Counted from the first letter of the stretch, positions 40,241 to 56,000 are shown. The stretch is DNA of 64,000 bases from Eledone cirrhosa (GCA_964016885.1 OZ024740.1:387872001-387936000); one strand, 5' to 3'. Numbers and translations are program-made. Notes: a model not told the origin generated them from the sequence alone.

Positions 40241-40385
40241 ATATATATATATATATATATTTATTAAGATAACAGATTAAAGTTTAAGCAAAAAATCGCT
40301 GCTTTCACCCTTAACGGGATCTTCTGAAACTAACAAAGTCAATCTGTGAACGTAGAAGTGAATAATTCAAAAAACCTTGCAACCG

Positions 40386-40479
<94 letters not shown>

Positions 40480-40811
40480 GTGAGGTTTTTTTACAAAATG
40501 AAAAATAACCGGTGTCCTACACGAGTGAAAGTATAAAGAAAAAATGATGAAATCGAAAATGCAACTTTAGTATTATTTAAAAAAAAATATATATATTTAT
40601 TTGGTTCCTTTACTGGTTTTGCAGTTCTTCTGCTTTTCAAAAGTAGAGTTGAGATGGTGGGTCTGTGGTTTTTCTCAGATGTGAGAAAAACCACAGACCC
40701 TCCATCTCTACTCTACTTTTGAAAAGCAGAAGAACTGCGAAACCGGTAAAGGAACCAAATAAATATATATATTTTTAAAAAATAAGACTCCAGTTGCATT
40801 TTCGATTTCAT

Positions 40812-40872
<61 letters not shown>

Positions 40873-41235
40873 GCTATTTACTTTGGTTGAATATAACCAC
40901 TATCTACTTATAGTTACATACAATTGCACCCAATCATTGTATTGTAGATGATTAAAACTAGCTTTAAAAAGGCTGCCTTTTAAAGTTGCCTTCAAGTACA
41001 TATTTTCAATTGCATTTCTCCAATGATATTATTGGAATGAATAATTAGAATATAAATTGATAATATTAGAATATAATTGTTGAATATAAGGAAATGATTG
41101 TAAATTATCTGCAATGCATTCAGAGAATTTGTACAGAATTTTTGCAATTCGCAATATTACCAGATGTCTACATCTAAATGCATACAATGAAAAGTACATA
41201 TTTCTGGATATGTCACACGAATTATTTAATAATGA

Positions 41236-41452
41236 TTTGTAGTATAGGCACAAGGCCAGTAAATTAGGGGGGAGGGGAAAGTCGTTTAAATTGACACCAG
41301 TGTGTGACTGGTACTTTATTTTATTGACCCCGTAAGGATGAAAGGCAGAGTTAACCTCGGTGGGATTTGAACTCAGATCATAAAGGGCAGTAACTCTATG
41401 TTTCAAAGTATGGCGTCGGACCCTCTACCGATACTGCCAATCCATTGCCCCG
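41236..41452 (-). mobile_element. tRNA-derived SINE (same family as 5183)
   Basis: Same head, B box and Deu/Nin-like core; ATTATTTAATAATG on both sides may be a target-site duplication. Confidence 0.8.
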
Positions 41453-42321
41453 AATCCACAAATTATTTAATAATGTCCTCTCTCATAGAGGTTTTGTATT
41501 CAGACCGTAGCTGTGGCTATATGATTCACACGTTGTTGTTATAGGGTAGCACCAAGCGATGCAATCTCTTTATCGTCGCTGTACATTCTGTTGCTGTCAT
41601 TGTATTGTTGCTTCTATTGTTTTTATTGTTGCACTGCTATTTTTTCTAACCCTATTTTTCTTTATCCCCAAACACATGATTGATCAAACATATGATTAAA
41701 AGCGTTCCAGCCGTGACCATTTCGTCCATTTTGAAAAATCTTGGACTCCAGTATACAATGAGTCGTTCATTTTTTAATGAGGTATGGAGTCATTTTTTAA
41801 TGAGGTATGGAGAATTTATTTACTCGTTCTATTTGGCTCAATTATCTTTCATTCTCATACATTATGAAAATAAGCCACTGTCATGTAGACTAGAATTCAG
41901 TGTATAATGATCTCTAAGTTAAAGGTTGCTAATCATTGTTTCCCTAAGTATTGCTTCTGGCATGACATATCACCCCCGAACATAGCGTCTGAAATTGAAA
42001 TAATTAGTTCGGTAAAATTAAAGCCTGCCTTTAAGAAGCCAGTAAATTACACAAATAAATGTGACCTGATACATAGATGTGTACTGGGAATACTTGTATG
42101 ATTATTTGTTGGCAGGATCAACTGAACTGCGAGGCAACTATTAGAGAAGTTACACATAAACTGATTTATACAATATAATTTATGCCTCTATGTAAAATTT
42201 ACATTTAGTCTATCTTCTGGTAAATATATGACTAACGGTTGCACGGTAGCCAAAAATACCTTTTAAATGCAATGTTTTATATAAATGAAATTTGTCGATT
42301 TCATGAAACGCATATATATAT

Positions 42322-42412
<91 letters not shown>

Positions 42413-42488
42413 AGTTTATCCTTGTTTTCTGTTTCCTATATTATCATTGTAAATCCACAACTTATACACACACACAAGCGCGTATATC

Positions 42489-42571
<83 letters not shown>

Positions 42572-42581
42572 TTTATATAAA

Positions 42582-42638
<57 letters not shown>

Positions 42639-42707
42639 ATATATAGGGCTTCATGATCATTTCGCCCGAATAAAACAGTTCTATTCCTGTAGAAGCGTTT
42701 TCTATAT

Positions 42708-42954
<247 letters not shown>

Positions 42955-43606
42955 CGGAAAAAATGAAACGAAATTTCATTTCCCACTCTTAGTACGGCTG
43001 TTACTTAAATATAAGTATGTATACGTACATACATATATGTATACAGACGTACAGTAGTATGTATATATACATACATGCACACGTATATATATGTACGTAT
43101 GGATTCACCAAAAATTTATTATAATGCTCGGTTTGTTTGTAAACAAACATCCCGTATTAAGCCGTAGTGTCTAGCAACCACCGCTGCTCGTTTGTTCAAC
43201 ACTGACAAAGGAACGCTGTACTAGTTTCAAGCTTGTTAGCTAACCTCAGCAACGTATACCTTCCTGCCAGATAGTTGAACGTCCAACCACCGTTACAAGA
43301 AGAAATATGTACCTACCGAACAAGAAGAAATATGTACCTACCGACATGAGGCATGAAAATTGATACAATCGAAGCAATACAAATATAGGTAACCGTAGTG
43401 GAAATGAGGGAATGAATTAGTTCGAGCAATGGCCCTAGAACTAATATTAATAGGAGAGGCAAATGGCAAAATTTCTACCACATGTTCCTTTAATGATATT
43501 ATCTTTGCAACCACAGCCACTTAAAAAAGAAATCAACAGCCATATACAAACACATCTACAGAAATAGACATATATACACATATACAAAATACATAAATAC
43601 ACATAC

Positions 43607-43684
<78 letters not shown>

Positions 43685-43810
43685 ATGTATATATATATAT
43701 CTCCCTTACACCTCCCGCACGCAGTCTAGTATTGCCTGTGTGAAGCGACATAGTTTCTGCGCATGCGCGTTCGTACGGTTGTCCTTCCTGTTCCTATAAC
43801 CATACACATC

Positions 43811-43850
43811 CCGAGCTGAAGATCCGCTAAGGTGAAACAATTGTTCTCGG
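43811..43850 (+). ncRNA. Compact type-I hammerhead in the inverted pLTR copy 43698-43882
   Basis: CCGAG-CTGAAGA-TCCGCTAAGGT-GAAA-CAATTG(palindrome)-TT-CTCGG. Confidence 0.82.
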
Positions 43851-44226
43851 TATGGTGAACTAACTGTTGTGTAACCACTTCTACCTAACTCGTCCCTTGG
43901 ACTGAGTGCTCTACCACTACGGATATTACCCTCCAGTGTTCCACCACTATATATATATATGTGTGTATGTGTATATATATATATATGTGTGTATATATGT
44001 GTGTATGTGTGTATATATATATAAATATATCTTTTCCTGAGTCCTGTATTTTCGTTGCTCTGGTGATGCGGCTGGACTGCCTATCGCTATATTTGATTTG
44101 CTAAGCTGTCTAATCGTTTTGTTATTACTCTGGGGTACTTTTCCCCATCCGAGTGTTAAAGCTACAGACCGAATTTGCATTCGTTAGCTTGGCCGCGATC
44201 TAAAGCTTCGTTAATGCTGTACTAAA

Positions 44227-44298
<72 letters not shown>

Positions 44299-44341
44299 GT
44301 ACATGTGTATATATATGTATATATATATGTATATATATATA

Positions 44342-44415
<74 letters not shown>

Positions 44416-44427
44416 TTTTTATGTATA

Positions 44428-44480
<53 letters not shown>

Positions 44481-44519
44481 TTTAACCTTACACTTGATAA
44501 ACTTATATATTAAATATAG

Positions 44520-45415
44520 GAACATATGTAGACATTATTGGACATCATAATCTTTTTTTGCGATATTCCTTGCTAGATGTGATTTGATAGATAATTTTTG
44601 GCTTTGTCTTGTAGTGAACTTGGCAATATATTGTCAATTAACTTTGAAGGGTTGTTCTTTGTGGTTTATTTTTATTTTCATTTTTATTTTTATTTTTATT
44701 TTTATTTTTATTTTTATTTTTATTTTTATTTTTATTTTTATTCTTTTAGTATTGTAGTATTCTATAATATTTTTATTTTTTATTTTATTTTTTTTTTATT
44801 TTTAATATTTTTATATGTAAATTTTTATTTTTAATATTTTTATATGTAAAGTTTTAATACGTAATATTTTTAATACGTAGTATTTTTAATATGCAATATT
44901 TTTATTATGTAATATTCTTTCGTAATATTCTTTTTTAGTTTTCTATTCTATATTTTTATATTTTTATATATTTTTACTTATTATCATTATTATTGTTATC
45001 TCTGCTTATAATATAATATATATTTTCGATTAGTATATTGAAATCTGCTCTCTATTTCTGCTTGATAGATAATCTTGTAGAGTAATCGCAAGAATAATAA
45101 TACGCTCAAATTTTTATACCACATTGAGAATGTTTTCCGGTAACTTTGAATTTGCGGAGTGAATCAGTTGGATTCACATAGACATATGAATTTTTTAAAA
45201 AACTAAACATAAGATAATGAATTTTCACGCATTGTGAATACTTGTTTCATTCAGGAATACTGATATTTACAATATAGTGTAAGTTTTATAAATACTAATA
45301 CATTAAAACATAGGGTTCTCTACGCCTCGAATATGTCTGGCTATTTTTTAAATTTTTTCTCTCTCTATATCTCTCTATATCTCTCTATATATCTCCCTTA
45401 CATTAATACTTGAGC

Positions 45416-45450
<35 letters not shown>

Positions 45451-45925
45451 ATGCATCATTGATACACTTACTCAAAATGACCTCCCACTACCTAATTTTT
45501 CTATATCTATATTTATATATGTATCTATCTCTACTTCCTCTCTCTCTCTATATATATATATATCTCTTTCTGTCTCTTTACATGAAGCTCTTCGCTTTAT
45601 CTATTTTTCCATCTCTCTATTTTGTCCCATGCATTTCTTCTTTTTCTTTTTCTTCTTTTTCTTCCTTTTCTTCGTTTTGTCTTTCTTTCTTTCCTATTTC
45701 CCTCTTTTCTCTCTCTCTTTCTTTCTCTCTGTATTTTCACTGCTAGAGTGAACCTCTTCAAATGAAGTTGATGTTTATTACGGTATGTCGAATATATTTA
45801 TCTATAAAACTGTTTATATTGTATTTTGTCTGATGAAGGCATAGCATATTGTTAATATGATATCCCCGAAATATATATAATGAAATAGATATGGTTTTAT
45901 AAATATAGTTTTCCATTTATTTAAT

Positions 45926-45930
<5 letters not shown>
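44520..45930 (+). mobile_element. Diverged 3' tail of the same PLE family with a hammerhead at 45822-45887
   Basis: GAACTTGGCAATATATTGTC..GAAGGGTTG is shared with 39480-39540. The motif reads TATTTTGT-CTGATGA...GAAA-TATATA-TA-ATGAAATA. Confidence 0.75.
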
Positions 45931-45960
<30 letters not shown>

Positions 45961-45970
45961 GTATGTGTAT

Positions 45971-46071
<101 letters not shown>

Positions 46072-47095
46072 GGAGTGGTTACACAACAGTTAGTTCACCA
46101 TACCGAGAACAATTGTTTCACCTTAGCGGATCTTCAGCTCGGGATGTGCATGGTTATAGGAACAGGAAGGACAACCGTACGTACGCGCATGCGCAGAAAC
46201 ACGGTCACTTCACACAGGCAATACTAGACTGCGTGCGAGAGGTGTAAGGGAGATAACTGCGAAAGTCCGGAAAGTTTTTGGTTGAAAATAAAATTAAAAT
46301 AAAATTAAAAATAAAATTACAAAGAATCAGTCCGGAGCCTTGTAGTTATGCAATAGATGTTCGGTGACGTGTGGACAACGTATGAAAAATTCACTTCTCG
46401 TGTTTAGGCAATCACTATTGCGTAATCTCTTTAGAATAGTTATTCGTTCGTCAATACATAAGCCACACGTCGGATTTCCCCTTGCTTGGACTTAGTGATG
46501 GCTTTCCATTGAATGGAGTAGCCTATACTTGAGTCCTTGAGGGACCATACGTGGCTCGCGAGTTTCGTGGATGAACGTCTGTCCGGGTATCTGAAGGTAG
46601 ACTTGTGGTTCAGGAAACGCTTCTTGAATCGGCCCTCCGCCATGCCCACATAGGATTTGACCTCCTGTGGTTCGTTTGGTCGGTTGGAAGTGACCACAGC
46701 TTCATAGATTACAGCTGGTGTGTTGCATTGCTGTTGAAAGGGGCAAGCTTCAGGCTTACGGCAATAGCACCCTGGTGGGGTGTTGCTTCTAGGGCTGCTG
46801 GTGATGTGGGCCTTCATGTTCTTAGCGCAAGAGTATCCTAGTTTAACTTTGTGTCGGTTAAAGATAGAGCGGTATTTATGACCTATGGGGAAGTGTCTAT
46901 CTAAGAGGGTTAGACACTTTTTTTCTACATTGGTTTTAACGTTGAGTGAGAAGGGAGGAGAGAACCAGATAGTTTGTCTATTGTTGTGCTTACTTTTCTT
47001 AATGGTGTTGTTGCTAGTGGGAGAGTAAATGATAGGTTGTGAGAAGCCGCTGTTAGCCAACGCCGTGTTATAGTAGGGTGCTGACTTGGCAAGCT
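46072..47095 (-). mobile_element. 5'-truncated Nematis-like PLE of a second family (GIY-YIG ORF 46440-47060) with a 3' hammerhead at 46103-46142
   Basis: IWFSPPFSLNVKT...FPIGHKYRSIFN...CYCRKPEACP..QQC..PAVIY...SYVGMA...RFLNHK. The 3' end is the reverse complement of 43698-43882. Confidence 0.9.
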
Positions 47096-47270
47096 ATTTA
47101 GAACACTGGTTTAACCGCTTTACTTCACTCCGAAGAAGAGATATTATCTCGAAAATTAAGGACATTTAAATAAATTTAAGGTTGACTAATTGTCAACAAT
47201 ATCTTTTGCATTTGCATTTTTATTCTATGTCCATACCTGCATTGTTTTGGCTTTACTAATACAAACGTTT

Positions 47271-47320
<50 letters not shown>

Positions 47321-47776
47321 GAAAATAGAGAAATTAATGTAAGCAAGAAGCCGACAGTAATTCAATTATATAAGTGACTATGACATCAAGATTTAAAATA
47401 TTTAACGTAAGATATGGGAAAATATTTCAATCTTAATTCAAAACAAGTCAAGAATAAACATTTTATCCTCAGACTTTGTGTAATCTGGGGAAAAAAACTA
47501 ATAGAATCTTAACTCAAAATAAAATCAAGAATAAATACTTATCCGTCAATTTGGGAAAAACTACAAATGCACTATATAGTCTTAAAAAGACTATTTCAGG
47601 AAACTTTTCAGTGGGGTTAGTCGCGGTTGGTATCGTTCCTTAGATATATATATACGCACACACACACATATATATAGGAACAGAGTCCGGACCCCGTATT
47701 GAGTACTCTGGTGCGTTATGGTCTTCCTGGTATCTTACCACGCTCTCTTTGTTATATATATATATATATATATATA

Positions 47777-48768
47777 CTAGCAGTGGTACCCGGCGTTGCA
47801 CGGGATAAGGTATTTTGGAACGCGGGCCACCAACAGGCCTAATCGTGGAAAAACTGCATGCCTGGACAATATGTAAAGAAAATAAACCGAATACTCTGAT
47901 GGCTGGATAATCTTTAAGATTTTCCTCGATGAAGCAGGAAAAATGCAGGTTTTCACCTAATGCGGGCCCTAGGGGATCAAGAAAACGAAGTTTTTTATGT
48001 GCATAATATGCCTTGAAATTTCGGGAAAATCGGCTAGACGTAACGCCTTAAAAAAGCCATAAAAAGCTGAAAAAAATGAAGTTTTTCACCTAATCCGGGC
48101 CCTAGGCCATACAAAAGTTGGATTTTCTTTGCTCACAGTATGAAGAAGAGATTGTCTAATACATAGTTACAATTTCAAGGAAATCAGTCTGACGTAACGC
48201 CTCAAAAAACCCCTAAAAACCTGAAAAGAACGCAGTTTTTCACCTAATGCGAGCCTTAGAGGATCAAAAAGTTGAATTTTGTATGCATAACACTCCATGA
48301 AACAAGTAATACACATGTAAAGTTTGAAAAAAGTCAGTCGGGAACTTCTCGAGTTTTAGGGATTCAAACTCACAGACACACACACACACAGACAGACATC
48401 CTCAGGGAAGTGGCGTAATGCAGATAGCCAGATATACAGACAGATATTATAAGGGCGCTTTCTGGACGCAGAGGGAATTTTTGGAAGTGACGTAATGCAG
48501 ACAGCTAGGCATACAGACAGATATTATAAGGGCGTGATGTTATATGTATGTATCTATCTAAAAAGAGAAATACTAAGAATTATAGAGAGAGATCGCTAAA
48601 CCGCCTAATGCGGTCCCTAGGACATTGAAAATTTGAAATTCTTTTGCTCAGAACACTCCCTGAAACATAAGTATTACATGTGTAAAGTTTGAAAACAGTC
48701 GGTTGGGTGCTTCTCGAGTTTTAGGACTCACACACACAGACAGACATCCTCAGTTTTATATATATAGA
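47777..48768 (-). mobile_element. Non-autonomous Helitron (second family, similar termini)
   Basis: 5' TC(TATATATAT), 3' CTAG, hairpin CCCG-TGCAACGC-CGGG and A|T insertion. Internal imperfect repeats CCTAATGCGGGCCCTAG occur about 4 times. Confidence 0.85.
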
Positions 48769-49234
48769 TAAACATAATGATGATATTTTGACACCGCTCA
48801 TTATTATTATTAAAATAAATCATTATTGTTATTATTATTATTATGCACACGCACAGACACACACACTCACACACACACATATATATATATATGTAATATT
48901 TATATATATACTACACGTACATGTTAACATACATAATGTAAGGATGATAATATTTTATATAAATAGTTAATGCATGCTGCTCTAAACCAAATCGAAACAT
49001 TTATCATAATTTTGGAATTAACTTCCACTGCTCTGTCCAATTGCATAATCTAAACCTCTAATTCAATAGATTTGACGCTATTTACACAGAAAAATCAATA
49101 AATACTGCTATTCTGTTTGAAATAATTTTACACCTATCTTGATTTGTATTAATTTCAATGACCTCACACTGACAGTAGTCATGAAAGTAAGTGATGAATA
49201 CTGTTTGTTTTAGTGGCATTCAGGATTTACTTAC

Positions 49235-49277
49235 AGTTATGTACAATTCTGACTATACAGTTGCTGCTATAGATTTT
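49235..49277 (-). CDS. Candidate upstream micro-exon of the GPCR carrying the first ECD cysteine
   Basis: Flanked by ttttAG and GTAAGT. The 43 nt read KIYSSNCIVRIVHN+T and are phase-compatible with exon 20452-20559 (giving ...NCIVRIVHNYPFCPEFWD). Could be chance. Confidence 0.25.
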
Positions 49278-49859
49278 CTAAAATATATGCAGAACAGATT
49301 TCAAAGGAGCTTTCTTTTATACATTTTCAATTTCCTTTGTTTATTTAATACATAGGAATTATTGAAGTTGATTGGCAGTGCTACAAAGAAATATTACTAC
49401 AATTGCTATTAATACAGCTAAATGTAAATAGGGAATAGTACAAAGGGTTGATCATTTCACTCTATTTATATAATAACGCTTTCCCTCTCATTAACGTCTC
49501 TATTTCATGCGGATAAATCTTTGTCGTTACTGCTTGTTTTTTAACACCTGGTCAGCATTGATTTATCGGAGGTGTGATAAAATGCACTCCAAAAATGACC
49601 ATATTTTGTATTCATCAGAGATTACATTATTCGATATGTTCTTTATTTCAACGGCAGGACGTGGTGTAAAATATTCTTGGCTGCTATCTGTAGTATGTAA
49701 AATGAACAGGAAGAAATTGTCTATATCTATAGCAATAATAAAGATAAATATGAGATAAGATGAATGAGCAAAAGCCAATTTAAGGAAGGCAAATAACTAT
49801 CATTGATGATATCACTTTAGACAGAGAAAATGAAATTGGAGACTAAGATCCCAATCACA

Positions 49860-51010
49860 TATATAAATACCAAAGAAATAAATGAAACAGAAAAATATAA
49901 AACATAAAGAGGATATTGGGGAAATATTACAGAAGAGTTAGACTAATATTAAAAACTGAAATCAATGCTAGAAATAATATACTAATTATAAATACGCTGG
50001 CCACACCAGTTATATATTCGGGTCTGGTCTCTTCTCATCTTCCCCTAAGTTACTAAGGAATCCTATCTATTCCGGTTTTCAAAACATTGTTAACTTTCTC
50101 TTAGACATACTGCCACCCACGTCTAACGAATTCTCTCTCCACGTATTGGATTGCCGTTGATTTCGCTGAGTTCCTCCGATCTTTGACGGGTTTTGTATTT
50201 CATCCGATAACGTCCCCCCCCCCTCCCCTTACCAGGGAAGCTTGGTGAGGTTGCCGGCTTAGTCACGGATGACCCGTCCACACGACACGTTCTACTGGTT
50301 CAAATGTAAGCAACCTGGCCTTATGCTATAGATTTCAGCTTCTATATAATAAATAGGAAGCTAAATAAGTTAAAAAGTTTAGATAGAAAAAAATGAAACA
50401 CCTGACAATGTCGAAGCCACAAACCAAAAGCAGGCTTACACAGAATATATATATTTCCCACACTAGGTGGATGTGATCTGATGCACATAGAAAACTATAA
50501 AAGTATCTAATAAAGAATAATGGAAAATTCGTACAAGTTGCCACGAAACCTGAACAGAGCAAACAATTGTTTTCTGTTTTCCAGGAAGACATCAAATCCA
50601 AAGCAGAAACTGAATTAGCAATTATGAGGAAAATACAAAGTAAAAGCAATAACATGATTGATGCAAGAAATAAAATCTAAATCGAAAACAGATCTCCAGA
50701 ATGCCATGTAAACATGATGGCAATAAAAATCCCCAAACAGCTAATACCCTGAAAAAATTAACCGGGAGGAAATTCAGAAGCAAAATTCATTTTATTAGCA
50801 AACAAGTGCTGAACGAGACTGAAAGATGTTTAATTGCAGCACTAGATCTGTCCATATTGATACTGGACTTGAGGAGTCACAACATAGACGTAAAAGCACC
50901 AAACAGTACAATGGGTTTTACATATATATTAAATCGATACATGTGAAAAATATAATACATCATGAAAAGCAGATCAAAACATTTCAACAATACAAAACAT
51001 GTAAGCACTT
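49860..51010 (+). mobile_element. Highly decayed R4/Dong-like LINE remnant, interrupted by another repeat (50020-50330)
   Basis: YYRRVRLILKTEINARNNILIINTLATPVIYS and ETERCLIAALD resemble the thumb and ETE..I.A.QD motifs of R4-clade ORFs. Confidence 0.55.
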
Positions 51011-54000
51011 CATGTTTCGTTATACCATATGACTGTAATCAAAGTTAGTTTGAAGTCATAATCGGTATAGAGCAACTTATGTCGCACGACACTTATCTGA
51101 AGAAATATATTCACTGTTAAATCATAATTGTGCTACTTTCCTATATTGGTAGATTTATTTAATCTCTATATGGTTATACTAAAGGGTTATTGAAAATGAC
51201 ATTTTTATTTACATGACATGCCAGTAGTTCTAAATGTACAGATCCGTTGTATACTATAGTGGAGAAAAACTTTGAATAAAATTACTCTTTAAATAATTTA
51301 TGAACCCTTATCTCATATAACTGCCCCTAAATGAGATGTCCGGAGATATACTATAATTGTGTCCGTAAACATATGTATATGATTCTATTATAACGTTTTG
51401 CATTTAGAGATGCTATTAGGAAAGTCAATATGAATTACCCATTCTCCTGGGAAGTACATTCTACAATTTTTATGTCTTTTTGAATGTTGAAGACTATCAA
51501 TGAATTCAATTGATTTTTCAATTCTTATAACTGCGTCAGTTGACTACCATGAAAACAAAATGAGAGTATTTTTATGTAGCTTTAGAGAATTTCATCTTGT
51601 ATATAACACGCAGCATACAATCATCATTCTATATCTTTCTTTTCGTGATTGATTCATGCTGACAGCGGTGACATTTAATTCCTTTGAATTCCTATACTTT
51701 TCCTGTAACAACTAAAATGTAAAGGAGTGTAATGATTATTCTCATGTAATTAAGTGTATATTTTCTCTACAAGAATGCATTTATTTTAACCACTCCGTTA
51801 GAGCACATGCATGCTTTAAATTAAAAAAAAATTCAGATACAAAACTTTTATGTTTTATTTTTATAGCTAAGTGCAATGGCGGTTAGAGTAAAATAAAATT
51901 TGAATGAAATAAAAAAGGTAGTTACAGATAAAATAATTGATAAATAAAATATGACAAAATATTAAAAAGTAACTGCAAAACAAAAAGAAACAAATTACAA
52001 GCTACGTGCACTGTCAATTAAACGGATACTCTATTGAATTTTGATAGAACCAAATTCAAAATAAAGATTAAAGATGAAGTAAAATAAACCAACGCCAAAA
52101 AGAAATAAGATATCCGCCGATAAAAGATTTTAATGACAAGATGAATTAAAATATGTAGGTGTCATTCGGATAGGGGAAATGTTAATAAGGAGTTCAGAAT
52201 AAGGTTATATTCCAATAGCATTCCATGATACATTATAAAATAAAATAATAAAATAATCAATAGTACTGAAATGATTGGTATTTTTCTTAATATTGGAGAT
52301 GATTTTAAACAACTGGATTATAATTTAGAAAAGTCAATAGAACTAATATTACATACTAACAAAATGATGATATTTGGGATAAAACTTATTTTTATAGGAG
52401 AAATTTACTAAAACATAAATTATGTATGTAGCAAATATCACTCTTTAAGCTAAGAACATAACACCAGAAATTAACGAAAAATATGTATAGTGTATAATTT
52501 ATTTGCAGAAAACGTTTACAGTGTGTTATCTTTAAAACTATCATTTTTCTATAGGAGTCCGATTAAAAAGTAAATGTTATCAATACAATGTTTTCTTTAT
52601 ATATATATTTTGTTTTAAGATTGTTATATATAATCGCGTTTTAGTTGTTTTTTTTTTTACCTTGGGTATTCATGATGCGACTACTACAGATAAATTTATG
52701 CAGAAATGATTTTATGTTAATTTTTATCCCTTACCGAGGGCATATTCTGTCAAAATATATCTCATATACCATTTATATTTCTTCATATTTTAGTGTCAAT
52801 TAATTCAGGCCTATTTTAACAACCCGAAATGGTAATGAACAGGAATGATACGAACTGTTTATGTCTTGATAATGAGTCCAGTATATAGACGATGATGTAG
52901 CTTCAATCGTTTACACATATTCCCAAATTCACACACGCATTGTTTTACTTGCTAGATTTCCAAATGTGTCAATACAATATCAGTAATTTATTTTCTTCGG
53001 TAAATATTATTTAGTTAAATATCATTACAGGATCTCTACAATGTTTACTTTTAGCATTCCCGTTTATTCCCGCACATTGTATGATATGATAATTTATCCA
53101 CACGCAACATTTGATTTATTGATTCTTCACTGTTAGTTTTGTTATTAGCTAGTAAAATATTCTTTACCTTTGAAGTCAATGCAGACTGGTTACGTAGATA
53201 CGATATCTATGCATAGTGAGCGCATCTAGATGAACATTTGTAAGTAAAAGATAACTTTTCAGAATATTCAAGTGATGTCAGTCCTAAAGAATGAAGTGGT
53301 GGCATGTTTTAGTAATGTATCTAGGAAAGGAGAATATTTCATTGCACTCAGGAGATAATGTAATTTGGTGTTTTAAAAGCAGATAGATTTTCATAAAAAA
53401 ATTAAAGAATTATTTTAATGCATCTCTTGATGGACGCAACACTCAGCTGTATGAGGATGTCTAGGTAAATATGGATGGTTATAGAGTGCAAATGTTAAAG
53501 AGCGAATTGTGGAATGCTCAGTATAGCAGAGACAGCATCGTAAATACTTGCCTTCCACTCCAAGCCATAACATATCCCAGCATCTAACAAATGCTATTTT
53601 GTTGTATAATTAAAGCGAAATACATAATGGTACACCCACATTCTGATATGACGCTATTACTATACAAATAATCCGAATACTAAATGTAGACACCCAATCT
53701 CTTGGCAAAGAGTCGTTTTTCGACTCATTTCAGTTTCTGATCTGTAGTGGAGCTGCTTTTTCTGTCTACTTCTCTGCCATTACTAGAGTAGCCTAAACTC
53801 GGAGCAAGCTTGCCTTGCGCCATCACCTTTCAAATACACCACGCATCTTCTCCTCTTTAGTCACCCAAATTGCGTCCAACCTCCGACCGCACATTATTCA
53901 ATTCACTTAGCTTTTCTTTTGCAGAAATTCAATCCTCTGCAAATAATTTTGCTCTCTTTTTGTATGCGAGTTACTTGAAGCTAACCAAGTTAATCCTCGT

Positions 54001-54284
54001 TGATAAAAGCTGTCTCGATCGACCCGCGAGCAATATCGTTTTAACTCATTCTTTCGGAGTGAACAAATAAAAATAGTAGTTCTTTGTTTCTGCATTTCTT
54101 TGTGTCCTCCTCCGCGAGGAATTAGTAATTCAGTCTGGTACACACATATCAAACTAATTATCACACGTGGCATCACTTGGAAACAATTTATTACATGGAA
54201 TGAAAGGATGCCAAAAAAAAAAAAACACTTAGTAAAGCCATCACCAGAAGAGCTGTAGAATTCGAAGCACTCGACGAGTTTTTC

Positions 54285-55911
54285 TAGAGTATAATATCAA
54301 TGATATTAATAAATGGAAACTATATTTATGAAACCATATTTATTCTATTATATATATTTCAAGGGTACCAAAACTTTTCTACTCTTTCATCAGATAAAAT
54401 AGAAAGTTTGTTTTATAAATAGTGACATACCCTCAAGAATCTGTCATTTGTTTATCGAGGAAATTTTTTATATACTTAACTGTCAAAATTCTATTAATTT
54501 AAAAAATGAATTATTCAGTTCTTGCAGACATCGCCAAAGAACCACTTTTCGAAGTATTTTCAATCTATAATATTCATTACACTTGACTATATCTTATATG
54601 TCTTTACAATGCTTCTGTTGTTTAGTGATGTTTTTTAAATGATATTTTTCTTCTTCAATTAATATTTTTAAAATAATATTCTTTTCCTAATGATACTCTT
54701 CTTAATGTATTTTGTTAGATTGATACTTTTTAATTGATATTTTGAATGATTTCCTCTTTACGATCGTTCTTCTAAATGCACCCTTGACTTATCTAATAAT
54801 ATATTTTTTCTTCTGTTAATTTTCAAACTTTTCACACATCTATAGACGTAGATAGTATCTAAATACATATATAATTGAAATTCTCATCCTTGAAAACATG
54901 TAATATAAAATACCTTATAATCTCACACAAAATAATATATAATTTCTCTACATACATTCCGCATTTTCTAAGAAAATTATTCATCAAATCTAATATTAAT
55001 AGTTTAACAAATAATATTGGAGTTATCTTTTCCTTTACAATTGAACCAACATGGACATAATAACTTGTATGTTAAATTCTATGTAATTTCGCTAACTTCA
55101 TAATTTTCTATAAATATTTTCAATTTTTTATGAAACTATTTGAATATACAAAATGTTTCTTCTCTTAAAATTTGAGTACGTCCTTTACCTTAAATGTAAA
55201 CTCAACACCCTTCGTAACTTATATTAGAATGTAAACAAATTAATACGTGCGTTATATATCTATAAAAAATAACAGCATATAATCACCAATAATATTTATA
55301 TTTATACATTTATTAATCTATATAGATATTTATATACTTACAACCTGTTGTAATATGACAAGATAAAATGTACTTATAACCTTAATTCTTCATATAATTT
55401 AATTGTAATGATTATATATATAATATATCCCATGATTTAGCTAAATATTTTTTAAATTCTGGAATGATATTCCCCCACTTCAACAAACTTTTAATTTTTA
55501 ACGTTTCAATTTTTTAAATTCACGTACACTGTAATAATAATATACATATAAGCTTCTCTTTCTTCTTCCTATATATACACATATATATATACTAATAATT
55601 ATTTAAATCTACATAGCGTCTAAAAATAACGATTTTTTTCAGCCCTATGCTTCAACTTCATTTGCATATTCATCAAAATAATTTGAAATATTTATTTTTT
55701 CCTTTCTTCCCCTTTTCCCTTTTTCCCTCTTTCCTTTCACTACCCAGACTGAACTTGAACCGTTAAGATCTCATCCCTGGGTATGTCACTATTTTTAAAA
55801 CAAACTTTGTATTTTATCTGATGAGTGCGTACCAAAGTTTTGGTACCATTGAAATATATATAATAGAATAAATATGGTTTTATAAATATAGATTCCATTT
55901 ATTAATATCAT

Positions 55912-55961
<50 letters not shown>

Positions 55962-56000
55962 ATGATATTAATAAATGGAATCTATATTTATAAAACCATA
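54285..56000. mobile_element. Non-coding AT-rich element with diverged inverted termini, each carrying a hammerhead (54341-54401 minus; 55810-55870 plus)
   Basis: Both ends read TATTTTAT-CTGATGA...GGTACC.TT-GAAA-TATATA-TA-ATAGAATA, followed by the pLTR tail AATATGGTTT.ATAAATATAG.TTCCATTT. Confidence 0.75.

Noticed and set aside
40290-40335. Minus-strand CAGAAGA-TCCCGTTAAGGGT-GAAA hammerhead-like motif
   Set aside because: The first core triplet is CAG, and there is no proper UH or stem I downstream.
53907-54176. 89-aa minus-strand ORF as the GPCR N-terminus
   Set aside because: It has a non-ATG start and no clear signal peptide, and I found no splice donor linking it in frame to the ECD exons.
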